Under the pieces are notes generated by a model. The model had not been told where the DNA came from. It saw only the letters and a program-made list of their open reading frames with translations, and did not search any database. A stretch of 57,912 nucleotides of DNA, counting the filler, from Sphacelaria rigidula (taxonomy: Eukaryota): assembly GCA_964200075.2 (NCBI GenBank). It is 8 parts of 8 records of this genome, joined end to end, with 100 filler letters (N's around TTAATTAATTAA, not from the genome) between each part and the next. Parts side by side here need not be neighbours in the genome. Positions count along the whole stretch, not along the records: positions 7,253 to 14,404 come from CAXNAA020016232.1; positions 14,505 to 21,656 come from CAXNAA020016233.1; positions 21,757 to 28,908 come from CAXNAA020016234.1; 5 more parts are not named here. One strand, 5' to 3'. This document shows, one piece after another, positions 12,489-25,600 of the stretch (within the stretch, counting starts at the first letter, position 1; the number at the start of each line of letters is the position of its first letter). A program made the position numbers and the translations under genes.

Positions 12489-14335
12489 TGCATCAAGTCG
12501 GTGACGATACAATGTAGATGAAACACCAGCACATCTCGCGGGGAGACGCATCAGAAGGCGTCTGTTTCAGTCATACAAACGGCGGCACAAGGCACGGCGA
12601 TGTGTGGAGCAGGGGGGGAGAGGGGGGGGGGCGTTAAACTCGTCAGACAAGCGCAGGATTTGAATATGAGAAAATGCATGATTTTCCAAGATCACGTCCC
12701 TTGCAGAGTTTTGTTCTGGGTGGCGATAGGCCCGGCGCAACCAACGACGAGAGGCTTCACATTTTTTCATCTATACAGCTTTGATACCTTCATCCGATCA
12801 CTGGTAACTAGACAATACTTGGTGGTGTCACACATGCATCCCCACCCAAAACGGTGGGTTTCACGATCATGCTCCCCATCCTTAACAACCTCGACGTGCT
12901 CAGGGCTACTGTTCATCAGCGACCGTTGGTTTGCGTCATTCAGCCATGCACTCGTACACTGGACAGGATGTTGGAGGTGGTTGCTTGTATATAGTTGGTG
13001 GCAAATATCTCTCTGTTTCAACACTGCCGATAGGGAAGCATATCTACGGGCGGGCACGTTCGAACAAAACCGTGTGAAATTGTCCCGTGGCAGTCCCCCC
13101 ATGAATCCGACGGTCAAGCTGTTGGCAAATCGGTACTGATGACACAAAGGATAAAGCGAAGCGTCGCATCGTCCAACTTCGCCGAGCAGCGGCCAGGGAA
13201 CCCACATCGCCTTGGAGGCTTGTCGCGCAAAACGCCGCCCCGCGAAACTGTTTGATGTGCCCCCGTCCTCCTGGCCCTCTTGGTCCTGTCAATGATGTGC
13301 GGATTTGCCCCCTTCGCAATCCAGTCTTCATCCCTGCCTCCACTTTCGCCGCCGCCCGCATTATTTTCACAAATGGTTTGATCATCATCCAACGATCGCT
13401 TCCTGCTCCTGCCGTCACCAGCCTGAAAGAGGGTCAACGCAGCGACCACAGCATCCATTGACGTCATCAGCGACGCCAACAACGAACAACAACCTCAACA
13501 ACGTCGACAACAACAACAGCCACGACTGCCATGGCCACGACGACAAACACCACAAAAGACAAGAGGGGCAACATCAACCATAACAAGGGCTATTCCTGGT
13601 AGGTATCCCCCTCTCGCCAATCAGGAAGTAGTCAGTAGGAATGCTGAGATTACAGAACGGAACAACAATTCAAATGCTTGGTAGTGGGTGAACATTCCAT
13701 ATGGCATCGAATTTGTTCTTATTCTAGCCAATGAGCATCACTTGTGCCACCGTACTGCTGAAAAACACTTCTCTGGAAGGGGCGCCCATTGTTTTGACTT
13801 ATGAAGTGGTTGGCGAGTGATGCAGCTGATATTCACTCTGCTGCACCAAGAAGATGATGTCTCTACACCATGACATCATCAGCGCGAACCCGACACAACC
13901 GTCTCGGCGCGGAGATGGATGGATGTGGGCGACTTGTTTTGCCACAGACAGACGCCCGATCCTGCATCGTCGCGCCACTGATTACACAGATCCCGACTTT
14001 TGACTCCCCCGCCGTTAGATGTAATGTGAACTGGCATCAAGACAAGCATTATATCGATCAAAACACACAAACGTAACACGATTGAGGTTTCTGGCTCGAT
14101 ATCGCTCGCGGGGAAGCCGAGCTTTCCCGACAATCGCTCACACCAACTTCAGTTTGATCGACTTGAGACCTATGTTACACCACCAAGGCCACTGAGTCAC
14201 GGGAAACAAAGCGAGACATGTGTGACAAAAATGTGAGACCAATTCCCATGCGTTTCGCCTGCGACAAGCCCCGACTTCAGCACTGAGGATTACACTAGAC
14301 AACCGTGCACAGCGTATTGCGTGAATTTGCCTTCG

Positions 14336-14404
14336 AGGGGGGTGTACTCATGATCATGCTTGCCATAGTCATCAGACCATTGACCTCGCATCCCTACAAA
14401 GCCG
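14336..14404 (+). repeat. Terminus of a high-copy young repeat (second copy 50587-50661)
   Basis: gggggtgtactcatgatcatgc(t/a)tgccatagtcat(c/a)agaccattgacctcgcatccctacaaagccg is nearly identical at the right ends of two unrelated contigs. Confidence 0.85.
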
Positions 14405-15136
14405 NNNNNNNNNNNNNNNNNNNNNNNNNNNNNNNNNNNNNNNNNNNNTTAATTAATTAANNNNNNNNNNNNNNNNNNNNNNNNNNNNNNNNNNNNNNNN
14501 NNNNTGATGTAACGCGTGGTCCTTCGCATTAACCCGAACATTGCGTTTTACTTTCCAAGTGTGACGGAAACTGTGCTTGTTTCCGTGAATATGTCACGTG
14601 TCACGTTAAAAATTCACTAAAACAGCCTTTTTTACATCTGGAAAACACGAAGAGACACTGCCTCAAGGTCCACATGTTCCATCACGTTACATTGCATTTG
14701 TCCCGTCCAAAAAACCAAACCTTGCGTAGCGTTAAATGGGCTGACGTTACGTTTTCCCCGTTTTTTTCAAATGTGTTACGTGTGTCACGTATCCCTCCCT
14801 AGAAATATTCAATATTTCCACCTCAAGTCTGGATAAAACAACGAATGTGGTGATAGACAAACGAAAAATCAGCACTCCTGCTCGTATTCCGTAGTCGTTG
14901 GCATACACAGCCCCAATATTGCGCACACCACGACTAGATTACACTGCATGTATTTATGACTTTGCTGCACTTGGGGGTGATCATACTCAAGGTAATTGGC
15001 ACTTATTCCACTGCTGGTATAACACCGTCGTGATGTATTTGCAAGGTGGGATGTGGGGCCCGAAACCGTGTGACACGGAGGCGACCTGTCGTACTGTACG
15101 TCAACAATGGTTGGTACAATGGAGATCGCTGCCAAT

Positions 15137-15280
15137 TCTAACGCTAACCCTAACCCCGACCAAGGCGTACCGAGAACCCTCGGGTAAGGGGGCGCAGAAT
15201 GTTCCGTAGGCTAAGAGTGCGTTGCCAGAGCTCAAATCGACGCCTTTGAGCCGATTTTGGACGAAAACACGTTCTGTATT
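15137..15280 (+). repeat. Dispersed repeat with CTAACCCTAA motif (related copies 16270-16370 and 53140-53340)
   Basis: Shared sequence ctaaccctaa..aaggcgt(a/g)ccga(g/a)aaccct(c/t)ggg(t/c)aagggg...gacgaaaac(a/g)cgttctg. Confidence 0.7.
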
Positions 15281-17118
15281 ATTATGACCTCTGTATGACC
15301 CGACCCGTTTACTGATAACCCCGGGCTAGTCAACCCGGGCCGTCTTCTCGGGCCTGTCACCCTGGGACTTTCATCATCCAATCCCCAGTCTGGGAGTGTC
15401 ATTCGCCCGTGTCAAGATGTCCCCTCGGGGGCGCATCCCCCTCCCCGTCAGTTCTGTACCTCAACCCAAACCGGCTTGCAAAGTCCGTCCTGTTCAAGTC
15501 CACGTCACGGCTCCGCACACTCCATACCCTTTCACCGAGTGAGAAGCTACCACCTACACACACACCCACTGCCCGGGTAGGATAAGTCACACTCGCTGTC
15601 CGACTGTGTCTTATATCTGGACGAGCTGGGTCTACTGCTCACCACTGCTCACCTGTCCCAGACCATGAATTTTCTCAAAACTTTGTTCATCCTGAAATCA
15701 AGTAAAATCGAGTACCATCCATTGTTCACGTACAGTTCGTAAGGTCTACCGGTGACACGAAACTATCGGGTTTCCCTGTGTACAGGTGAAAAATTGGGAA
15801 GTGGACGAGAAGCTTGGAAATTCGATATTTCCATACCCTGGTCAAAGGGCTACATGGTTAAAAAGAGTACTGCGTACAGTATCGAATCAGTTGTACATCA
15901 TGATAGACGTGATATTCGATACTGTACGCAGTGCACTTTTTTTGACAAGGTAATCCACTGCCCAGGGGGTGAAATCTTTCAAGGTCGTGTTGGGTACGAG
16001 TAGGGTATACTCTACTGGTCGGCGGATCAGCAATTTGCTTTTCACTCATGTTCCTTGGATCCTCGTCATCTCGGGCACACAAGCGTTCGCGCGCTGGATA
16101 CGTCGTCGGATCCTCCGGGTCTGCGGGCCAACCAGCAGGGGTCTACAATTTCTTGATCGTTGGGTTGTCGACCTTTTTTGGCGAAGTGTAAGTTCACAGA
16201 TAAAACAAGACAGTATGGTTGTGACTGTTTGACGTATCTTCGACGGAGGTTAGTTAGCCAAACATCAAGTCGGCGCCCTAGGCGCAGATTTCGATAAAAA
16301 CGCATTCTGCGCACGCTGGGAGCACGCTTGGAGCACAGCCCCATTAAAGATCCGGATTTCGCTTTCGACACTAAAATCAATAATAGCACCCTCCCAAGTG
16401 GTGATCTATACTGCTTCTGCGAATTGTGCCCGGCACTGGGAGAAAATTCTTCAGACAGGAAGGACGAGTACGAGATTTCTGGCCCATGACGACCAACATC
16501 TGACAAGACCACAGCCAATTCGAGGGGTTCAAGCGCTGACCACTAGAGTTGGATTGTCTTCCCAAGATACTAAATTGTCCGCACGACACATATCTCTTAC
16601 TCAACCGCGCATGATGTGCTAGCTGCGACTTCGATCATTCTAGAAATTAGGTTACCATGACCGTTCTCGGAAACCGCACAGCACACAAATTGTCATGATT
16701 ACAAGCTGGGCCAGCCTAAAAACGGATTCGTAGTTTGCAGGCCCATTCTCACCTCAACTGTCTGAGTTGGCCCCTGAAATTTGGTATGGAAATTGGACAG
16801 GGTATGAATAAAAAATCGAAAGCTACCCGAAGTTTTTTTTTTGCATGATTCAACGGCATTTCACCTAGACCCAGAAAGTAATTATGGCTTCTAATTTATG
16901 GGGGGGGAAAAAAGTTCTGGCTTTCCGTTTTTTTAATCATGCCTCATTCATTGTCGATACCAAGTTTAAGGGGACCAACGCTAAAAGTTGAGGTGAGAAA
17001 GGGTGGTTTAGTAAACGCGTCGGTAGAAATTAAGGACACTATTTTGCAGGCAGATTATTACCGGTCCACGTTTGGTGTCTGTGTATTGAAATTTGCTTTG
17101 AGACCTCTCGAGGGCTTA

Positions 17119-17216
17119 TTAATCGTTAGATCGCGATGCGGGTAGTCCATTTGGATCACACATACTTGTATCAAGTAAAATTGATGCCGATTCAGCAGGT
17201 GACCTACCCTCGCCGT
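17119..17216. mobile_element. ~100-bp MITE, piggyBac-like family (degraded copy)
   Basis: Core gcgggtagtccat..attgatgccgattcagcaggtgacctaccctcgc is shared with 20163-20259 and 57028-57129. Preceded by TTAA. Confidence 0.65.
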
Positions 17217-18426
17217 AAAATCATATGTGCGCCCGGGTGCACCATCGAACTTCATGTGCATCCTGGGATAATGGCAAAAACACGTGCGGCTAGTTGGTGC
17301 CGCATGACCACGGCACCAACCGTGGTGCAGCTCGGGACACACTTTCAATCCGAGCCAGCACAACCAACGCAGAGCACAGTAGTGCTACAGTGACATGATG
17401 CCGACCTCTGTCATCTCCCACTAATCGTCGCGTGGTCGAGTCTGCGTGACTTCCTATTGCCAGCTCGAAAACAAAAAAAAATGCTCGATGTTCATTATTT
17501 CAAAGCTCGAAATTCTATGCTGGCTTACTTCCATCCTCCCTCCATGTAGGATGCATGCCAACAAATTATGAAAATGGAAGAGGTGCTGCTTTGTGTACCC
17601 AGAAAAAAACAGGTAAAAAGCGTTGCGTGTACCGGAACAGACAAAATCATGGCGACTACATTATTATCTACGGTTTGATACTAATGTGCGCCGTGCCATC
17701 CCTACAGCATCCGTCCGCTGTTTGAAAGAACATGGAGAACGTGTCACCCGGAGGGTGGGTCCCCTGTTTCTTGGGCACAATCTTCACTTCAAAAATGCCC
17801 ACCCTTGCGGCCAAAGGGTTAATTATACAGCTGGCGAGAGGAAGGGGTCACGCTTTCCGGGGCTTTGGTTGAATGTGATCCTTCAGTCATCCTGATGAAC
17901 GAAGGGAGAAACGCAGCGGGAAGATAGAGAAGCATCACTCTCAAGAGCTGAGACGTAATATCCGGGTTTAGTTTAACTTAGTGCTCTGCTCGTAATATAT
18001 TGATTTTAGTACAGAACCTCATGTGCGCCATATCTCGCGACATATAACGAAGTAGGTGAAGGTGATGATGCCAATCGTCTTCCAATTGCAGCCTGATGGC
18101 ACCCATCGGCGGTGGTTTGTTACAAACATAATACGGACAATTGTCCGATTGGTTGGCGTTAGTTGTAGTGTGTTGTATCCTTGCGCTTTGCAGGGGACGT
18201 GGTTTTTTCTTGTTGGATTATGACCGCCGCTATTTTTTCAAAACATCTTCCGTATAGTCGGGGTCCCGGAGTGCGTTGATGTGTGGCACCAGGAATTGGA
18301 CGGCACTACGCAGGGGACTGTTACACTCCTCACCATGAATTTATGCACCCCTCTCGAACCTGGGCATCGACCATGTTTTGACTTCACGCACATTTTACCC
18401 TTTCTCGATCGGCGTTCCCGCCAGGT

Positions 18427-20544
18427 ATGTCATCCTCCGCAGCAACAACAGTCTCGTCAGCGTCAGCCCCCTCAGCCATGGTGCCACAATATCACCGCAA
18501 GCAGCCTACGAAGGCACCGTCAATCGCAGCACCCAGGGTCAATGCCGACTTTTCGCCCTCAACAACGTCGGTTTTGTCCAACCTATCAGCCCTCCCGTGG
18601 GGTCCTCTGGAGAACGCCATCTTGTTCTTGAAGGAACGAGACCTCGCAGAAGTCCTGAGGGTCAGCAAGGAGTTCAGCACTTTGCAGTCGGATGAGTTCT
18701 GGCGCGAGCGCTGCTGCGACACCTTCGGTCGACACCTGGCGAACATTGACGTGAGTGACGTCAAGCAAAACTGCAATCGGCGATGGAAAAGCAGTGCGAG
18801 TGCTGAACTCTCTGGTTGAGGCTGTAGAAGAAGGGCGCGCACCACTGTATAATGTAGATGCTGTGCTCAATTTGCTTCCAACTCGGCACCTTGTGCTCAA
18901 GAAGCACAGAGTCATCTCATGTTGTCGCGAGTGAGAAGAAGTGATGGATGTTCGACGGACACTTGGGATGATTTTCCCCCTGCTTTGCAACGACACCCAC
19001 GTTTATTCGGTGTCGTGGTGCCCTCCTTGGGTAACTTGCATCTATCTCCCCCCATGAAATCAGAACCTGAGCAAGGACGCCATGAAAGCCATGCTGGACA
19101 CGGAGCGGCACGCTAAGTGGGGGCTCTCCCGTAGTCGCGAGCAGCTGTTGTCTTCGTGCATGGGGTCGTCCACCCGAGACCATATGGAAGAGGTGAGGAG
19201 GGTTTCGTGGCTGTACTATTACGCGAGAAATGGTGTTCAATATCAATTCGCTTGAACGGTTGACGACGAACCAGAATTTACAGATGACGTGGCGAGTATT
19301 TTGAGTTGTATTATTTTTCGTTCAGCTGGAAGTCATTTTTTTTTTTATATGGGGTCCTGGCGACTTTTTTTATTGTTTTTTTATTGTAGTGATCGTGGCC
19401 AGATGATGAAAGCAGGCAGCCTCATCCCAGGTTCTCCTCGCGTTACCCCCCTTCTCGCTGTTGTCGCACCGCTGAGAGGTCCGCGAGGCCGTCTGTATGT
19501 TCTGCGTGAGGGGAAGGTCATGCGCCAGCGGCCTCGTGACCTTGACTAGCCACTTAGACTGGGCGCGTGCTCGTCCAGCATGTAGTTCCGACAAAAAGTT
19601 TCTGCGCCAGAGCAGGAACAATTAATGTAGGCAAAGGATCCTCAGATTTTTCATGAGAACATGATTTATATTTCCCACTCCAAGTACGACGCTCGTGGTT
19701 CATTCTTTGATTCATTATTTCTGCTGTAACACATCTTAACCTCGTGACCCGTGCTTTGCTGTATCCCCCGCGAACATTTATCGTACCAACGAACAGGGTC
19801 CAGAACACACGCTACAGGAGTCGCCGTGCGGCGGGCAGATACACCAAAACTCCATCGTAGCTGGCCGCTCAATCTCCATCTCGCCGTTGCTGGGCCAGCG
19901 TTTTCAGGCCATATGGTACACGCTTGGTTCATTCGCTTGTTTCGCGAATCAGAGCGCCGATTGTCGCTGGGTTCGAACGCTGCGGCCTTCCCTGTTAGTT
20001 TTGGCCCCAAAAGTCCGATTGGTCAGATCCGCTGTCTTTGGAATGTTCTTCCGCGTAAATGTGACCCCGTAGAGCTCCACTGCAATATGGGTGTTTCTAG
20101 GGTGTTTCGAAGTAGAGCAAGAAGCCCGAGAGGAGCAAAGTCATGATTTCGATAGTGTTCAACCCTTATGCTGCGAGGGTAGTCCATCTGGATCATGGAT
20201 ATTTTTTTCAACTGGAATTGATGACGATTCAGTAGATACCTACTCTCGCCGTCCAAGGGTAAGGCACCCCTACAGGTCGCAATATCGCCCCCGTGGTGAT
20301 CAACCCGTGTGTGGCTATCTCTGCAACGACCACTCAGCTATTGAAGAACATGTGATATATCGAGGTGCTCTTGTCTTGGTCTTCCGCGATCTTCGCGATT
20401 TTCCTGCAGTGTCCGCGTCTGTTTTTGTTGATGGTGGTTGTGTTGTGGTCAAGAGGCACCATGCAGAGATGGGAAAGGTGTACACAGTGCAAGGATACAT
20501 TGGCTGTGATGTACTGCTGTACTCGCCGGATGACATTGGAAATA

Positions 20545-20614
<70 letters not shown>

Positions 20615-21276
20615 ATAACAGCACAGTACAGAAGACTCCGTACGAATCGAGATCATGCAACATGCGGTGCAACATCAAAACATGGGCACAAAGTGTGTGT
20701 GCGTATATCGCAGCTGTAGTGGTGGCCAGCTTGCATCGCCTGCAAAGCAGGAGAGCATGTACTCCCAACAAATGGCTCAGCAAAACCCTTGTCACATCGA
20801 TTGGCTCACAACCGGCCACAGGTTCCCCTGCACTAATTCACGTGGACGCTCAACATCGACCTGTTGATGGACGGGGCCATGCCGTCTCTTGAGAAGCAAT
20901 CGTTCCGAACCCAAATTGACCATGGGTGATTTTAGGCGATCTGGGGTCGGGGAGTCGCGGTCGAAGGGTTCGCGCTTGGGCTGCGATGCGTTTGCGTATC
21001 TTCATCACGGAAGTCGGTGCATCTGAATCAAACCTCGTGAATTTTTGTATTTCAAAAATACTGTCCGCTATCGAGTTCTTGAGCGAATGACCCCGAGGAT
21101 ATCGCCGATCGCCCTTCTCATTCAAAATTAATGACTTTCGTGTCCGCCTGTGTTTCGTTTTCTGTCCTGCTCGATTTTGATCGTTTTGCAGCGGCTGCTG
21201 GCGGGAGGACAAATGCTACTGGTCCAGCGCACCTTCCGCTAAGGCGGACAAAGACGAATGGATCGAGTATGAGATG
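18427..21276 (+). CDS. F-box protein resembling the plant At4g00755-type family; 3' exons beyond contig end
   Basis: Exons 18427-18750, 19064-19192, 19797-19915 and 21192-21276 are GT-AG, phase compatible and free of stops. F-box motif LSALPWGPLENAILFLKERDLAEVLRVSKEF..LQSDEFWRERC, then SSTRDHMEE-GPEHTL..ICGCWREDKCYWSSAPSAKADKDEWIEYEM. Confidence 0.85.
20163..20259. mobile_element. ~100-bp MITE, piggyBac-like family, in F-box intron 3
   Basis: Termini ccctt..gcgagggtag / ctactctcgc..ccaaggg form an imperfect inverted repeat. Flanks tcaa / taag resemble a degraded TTAA. Confidence 0.65.
20545..20614. repeat. (GCTT)n microsatellite
   Basis: About 17 perfect tetranucleotide units. Confidence 0.98.
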
Positions 21277-21899
21277 GTGAGTGTAACGGCTATTTTCTCG
21301 CCACCAACTATGTGACCTAAAGCCGATCGCACTCGTACGGTACGCCACGTGAGTCGTGTGGTCTGATCTAGTCTTTGCTCACGGCCACTCTCTCGGACTC
21401 TCTCGGCACTAACCCTGCTGCATCTACGGGGACATGGATTTTATAGGGGTTCGACTGTGTGCGTCTCGCGGGCGCACGGCTATGTTGAGGAGATGAGAGT
21501 TCATGCAGTCACGGATAACGTTGGCCGTCACAAAGCTGGTCAGTATCCCGTCAAATCGTGTAAAATAACTACCGTCTTTGGACACTGTAGAGATTATTTC
21601 CAGGGATGTGTACGGAGGACAATCCGCTCCGCGGTGCGGATTGTCACGGTGCGGTTNNNNNNNNNNNNNNNNNNNNNNNNNNNNNNNNNNNNNNNNNNNN
21701 TTAATTAATTAANNNNNNNNNNNNNNNNNNNNNNNNNNNNNNNNNNNNNNNNNNNNTGGCGACATTGGCTAGAACGAACCCAAGCGCTGGAATTCCCAGC
21801 TTCTCGTTTTGCTCGGCTTTTCCCATTTCGATTTACGTGAAGATTTTGCCTCCCAGAACCATACACTTTCGGGGAGGGGGCTATCGTAGAAAGTGTTTT

Positions 21900-22666
21900 T
21901 TCCCTTAGCTTTATTTTGTATCTTACTCTTGTCTTGTACCCCGCGCCTTCACCTATGAACAGTATTTCGTCTTGGTTCCCTCTTATCTCCTTCCATACTT
22001 TGTCGACTTCTTTATCCCACCTTATAGCATGCCCTTCCGTACTTTTCTTCCATACAGCCCTATCACCTATAGCTGGCAGTCAGTCTCTTTCTGGGCATGC
22101 TCCTCAAGCTATATCGCCATCTCAATTTCCTCATGCCTCCTGTTTGTTTCAAGTGAGTACATTTCCAGTGCTGCTCTCAAAACTATAGTACTCGTCGTTT
22201 TCGAGTATCCAAGTATCTTCTTAGCTGCTGCCATCTGTACTGTTTCTAACTTTTTCACCAATTTCACTTTCCACTCCCATACTTCTCCTGCATATTCCAG
22301 GTTTGGTACAATCACGTTCACCAGGATATCTCTCTCGATCCTAGTGTCTAGGTGCAAATATCTGAAGATCACGTCCATCCTTTCTATCTGTGCCTTACCT
22401 TTTTATCTTACATTTTTCATGTGTGCATCCCAGGAACAGTGTTCTGACATCTCTTCGCCAAGGTATGTATACTGGTCTACGATCGGCAGTTCCTCTCCTC
22501 CCCACTTCCACTTGGACTCTACTGGATATTTTCTTATCTTCGTTACAGACGAGTACCGCGTATTTGCTGACATTCGCTGTCACGCTCCATTCCCTCGTGT
22601 ATGTGAGCGCCTCGTCTATCTGTTGTTGCAATCCTTTTGCTGTTCCTGAAATCCTCACAAAATAAT
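21900..22666 (-). mobile_element. LINE (non-LTR retrotransposon) reverse-transcriptase C-terminal remnant, 5'-truncated and frameshifted
   Basis: DYFVRISGTAKGLQQQIDEALTYTREWSVTANVSKYAVL (segment after the FADD motif) and ILVNVIVPNLEYAGEVWE..KLETVQMAAAKKILG..VLRAALEMYSLETNR are typical LINE RT thumb/C-terminal motifs, split over several frames. Confidence 0.9.
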
Positions 22667-25600
22667 CGGACCTGAGGGGGAAACGACTGCCGAAATGGTA
22701 GATTCGCTGAACAGAGGCAAAGCGTTTAGAGTGGAGAGAGTGACCCATTTGCGCAGGTGTCTGAAAGAGGACATCGTTTTCCAAAGTGTCAGATCTCCCG
22801 AGCGGTCAGGGTCCAGTGGATAGACCAGGAGGATGGCTGCTAGACATGTTGTCGGAGCTTTGCAACTCATGACGTCAGGTGAGATGAGCACGTCTCATTG
22901 GCTCTTTGAATCAAGCGCACATTGCTTGACGCGCTGCTTCCCTCTCCCAGTTGCCGTGTCAACGCAAAACCACGCACATATCTAAGCTGGGTTATACCTA
23001 TCTCACAAGAAGAACCGCGTATAGGACTGGATGCTTTCGTAGAACAGCGCGAACAGCACCTATGCGAGGTAAGACTGGTGATGGATCCGGAAGGTGAGAT
23101 CTCAATGTCAGGATGGCAACGGCAGGAAACTGACGCACTAGTACACGGTACATGGAAATTTAACAAGGATCGATGATGGCACGCGGTCTGGAGGTGGTGA
23201 TGCAAAGACACAAAATACGTACGCGTAAGATAGTCCGCGGGATGTCGAACCGCATTTCGTTACCCGCCTCACCTAAGGTTCTAATCGCTGACGGGTTCGC
23301 CTAGTTTACCTGAACACCAGACTTTAAGGTGACGTCAACCTTGAAAACCCCACCTCTCACTCTGAAAGACCGTCGCGAGTCAAAATCCAGAGAAAATTTC
23401 AGGTTACAAATAGGGAGGAAAGGCCCAGGATGGAGCAATGTTGGAGTGGCTACCAGGAAGCGGAGTCCTGGAAAGCCTCACGCTTCCACAAGTGGACGGG
23501 TTACACGCCCTTTGGCATCTGCACCGCCCAGCCAAGGCATCAAGCATGCCATCCCGCCCGAGTACGCCATGTCCCTCTGTCATGCAGTGATGCCCTGAAC
23601 TTGTTTCCCATAGGTTTCGCACTCTGAGAATATTTTGACGGAGGTGAGCATAAAGCACAAGTGTTTGACGGCGGCAGGCGCCTCTGGAGAGTGACAAGAC
23701 GACGGAGACTACCAGGAATCTTCACGTAAAAAGCTCTAGCAAGTGGCCCAGACGAGCGAGCCTATACATCAACGAGGCAGAGAAAAGCATTAATATTGTA
23801 CAAAGGAGCGCGCTGGAGACCGTTTCGTGCTGCACTACAAAAGCGAGCAGCAGTTTTGTATTTTTTTTTTTTTAAGGAATAAGTAGTACTTCAGTACTGT
23901 TTCTCTCCTTTCATTGGAACAGCTGTGCAGTATTTTTTTGTAGTCTTCTCGAAATTGTTTTTACTCGTGTTTTGCCGTTATCATGAGCTCGGTTATATAG
24001 TTTGTTATCGTTTCTGGCTTTATTTCTTCACTTTTTAACATTTGGTTTTGATTTTTGGGACATAGTCTTGTTTTTTTTGCCTCGTTTCTTGTACGGGTCG
24101 GAATTTGTCCCTCTAAACCTCATATTTTACTCTGTTAGGTTTTCTGGTCTGGATTCCATGTATTTTTTTCTCTTCTGTTTTTGTTTCTCTTGCGTTCGTC
24201 GGACTTGATTCTCCTTCTCGTGTTAGGCCCATCTATTTGTTTTCATGGTTCCATGATTTTGTTCTCCGTATCAGGGATCTGGGATGTTATTTCTACTTTT
24301 GTTTCATGTTTTCATTTCCTTTTATCCCCTTCCCCTTTTATGTTGCGGGCCTGGTTTGTTCCTTCAGTACTACTATCGATAATGCCTACGAAAATGGAAC
24401 ACCTGGGACGTTTCAGGCCTTTTCTTTTGATACAAATGTGTATGACACTAGTGCGGTCCGTTTTTCAAAAACAAATCCGGGGATGAAAATGGCCTATCCC
24501 CTAGCGTGGGAAAAAAATCGCGATTAATTCTGTGTTTGGCAACGTCGTACTCGACGAAAACGTTTTTTCTTTTTCTGCTTTTCAGTTTCTATTTTCCCCT
24601 TCACGTTTTCGCGGGGTCGATCTTGCTCCCCTCTTTTCGTCATTTTCCGGCCTTGCATTCCATGGGCATTATTTGTCGTTTCTTTCTTTTTCGCTTGATT
24701 TTATTGACCTGATCCTACCCTTTGTTTCAGGTACCCAGTTTGTTCATCGCATTTCCTCGTCCTCAGTGAACATTGATCCGACTTTAGGGCGCCCCATCCT
24801 TCTTATGTAGAAATATTCATGCGTGAGCATTGCACAATAGGGTGGGCGCCGAGTACCTGCTGGGACACTGTATCGTCACTGAACTATTGATATACGATGT
24901 AGTCCCCCAGTGTCCAGTAGGTAATCGGGTACTGGTCGATAGAAGAAAAAGCGTACAGCGCTCCCATCAACCAGTAAACGCTTTCTTGGGGTCATTTTGA
25001 GTGGGTCAGCTCTTTGCGAATCCCACACTACCCAGAATTGGCGTAGACAATCACGGGTGTCTAAGCGCCGTTACTATCTGAAAATAGTCGCATTCTATTT
25101 TCGATAGTATCTGTTCTCCAGTCGAACGGAGATCCCGGGAATACATGGCACATGCGAAAGCACTCACTATGATCAAGGGCGTGAGATATTGTTTTCCCTG
25201 AAGACCAGGTTTTTGCCCATCTTATGATTTCATGACAATTTTTTCCCGCGGTTAACCCCAGCCCCGAAATTCTGCGGTTTTCTCGTCTTTGGCGTGACAT
25301 TAGGCTGATGGCATAGAGACTCATATGAATCATCCTCGGAGTGACTTGAGCTGTGACTTTCCTCGTCTTGCATGAGCAGCGTGCACAAGGCAAGGGAGGA
25401 GGATGTTACGGCGGATATCGACTGTATATGTAGTAGGCGTTTCGAAGTGCGCCTGGCATGTGCAATAGGTCGTATTCCATTCGCATAGTAGCGTTTTGTT
25501 CCAGGTTTTTCATGAGTTGCGCACCCAATCCGTCGCACTTCACAACTTCCATCACCCCACAACTTGGGTTCTAGCTAACCAGTAGCCAAGCCTAATAACA

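Noticed and set aside
12760-13500. PIF/Harbinger transposase remnant or gene
   Set aside because: Only vague compositional resemblance; no DDE motif or consistent frame.
15137-15157. Telomere
   Set aside because: Only 2-3 degenerate units inside a dispersed repeat.
588-21276. Ubiquitin-proteasome gene cluster SGT1 + PSMB2 + F-box
   Set aside because: The F-box gene is on a different size-sorted contig, so its adjacency is artificial.
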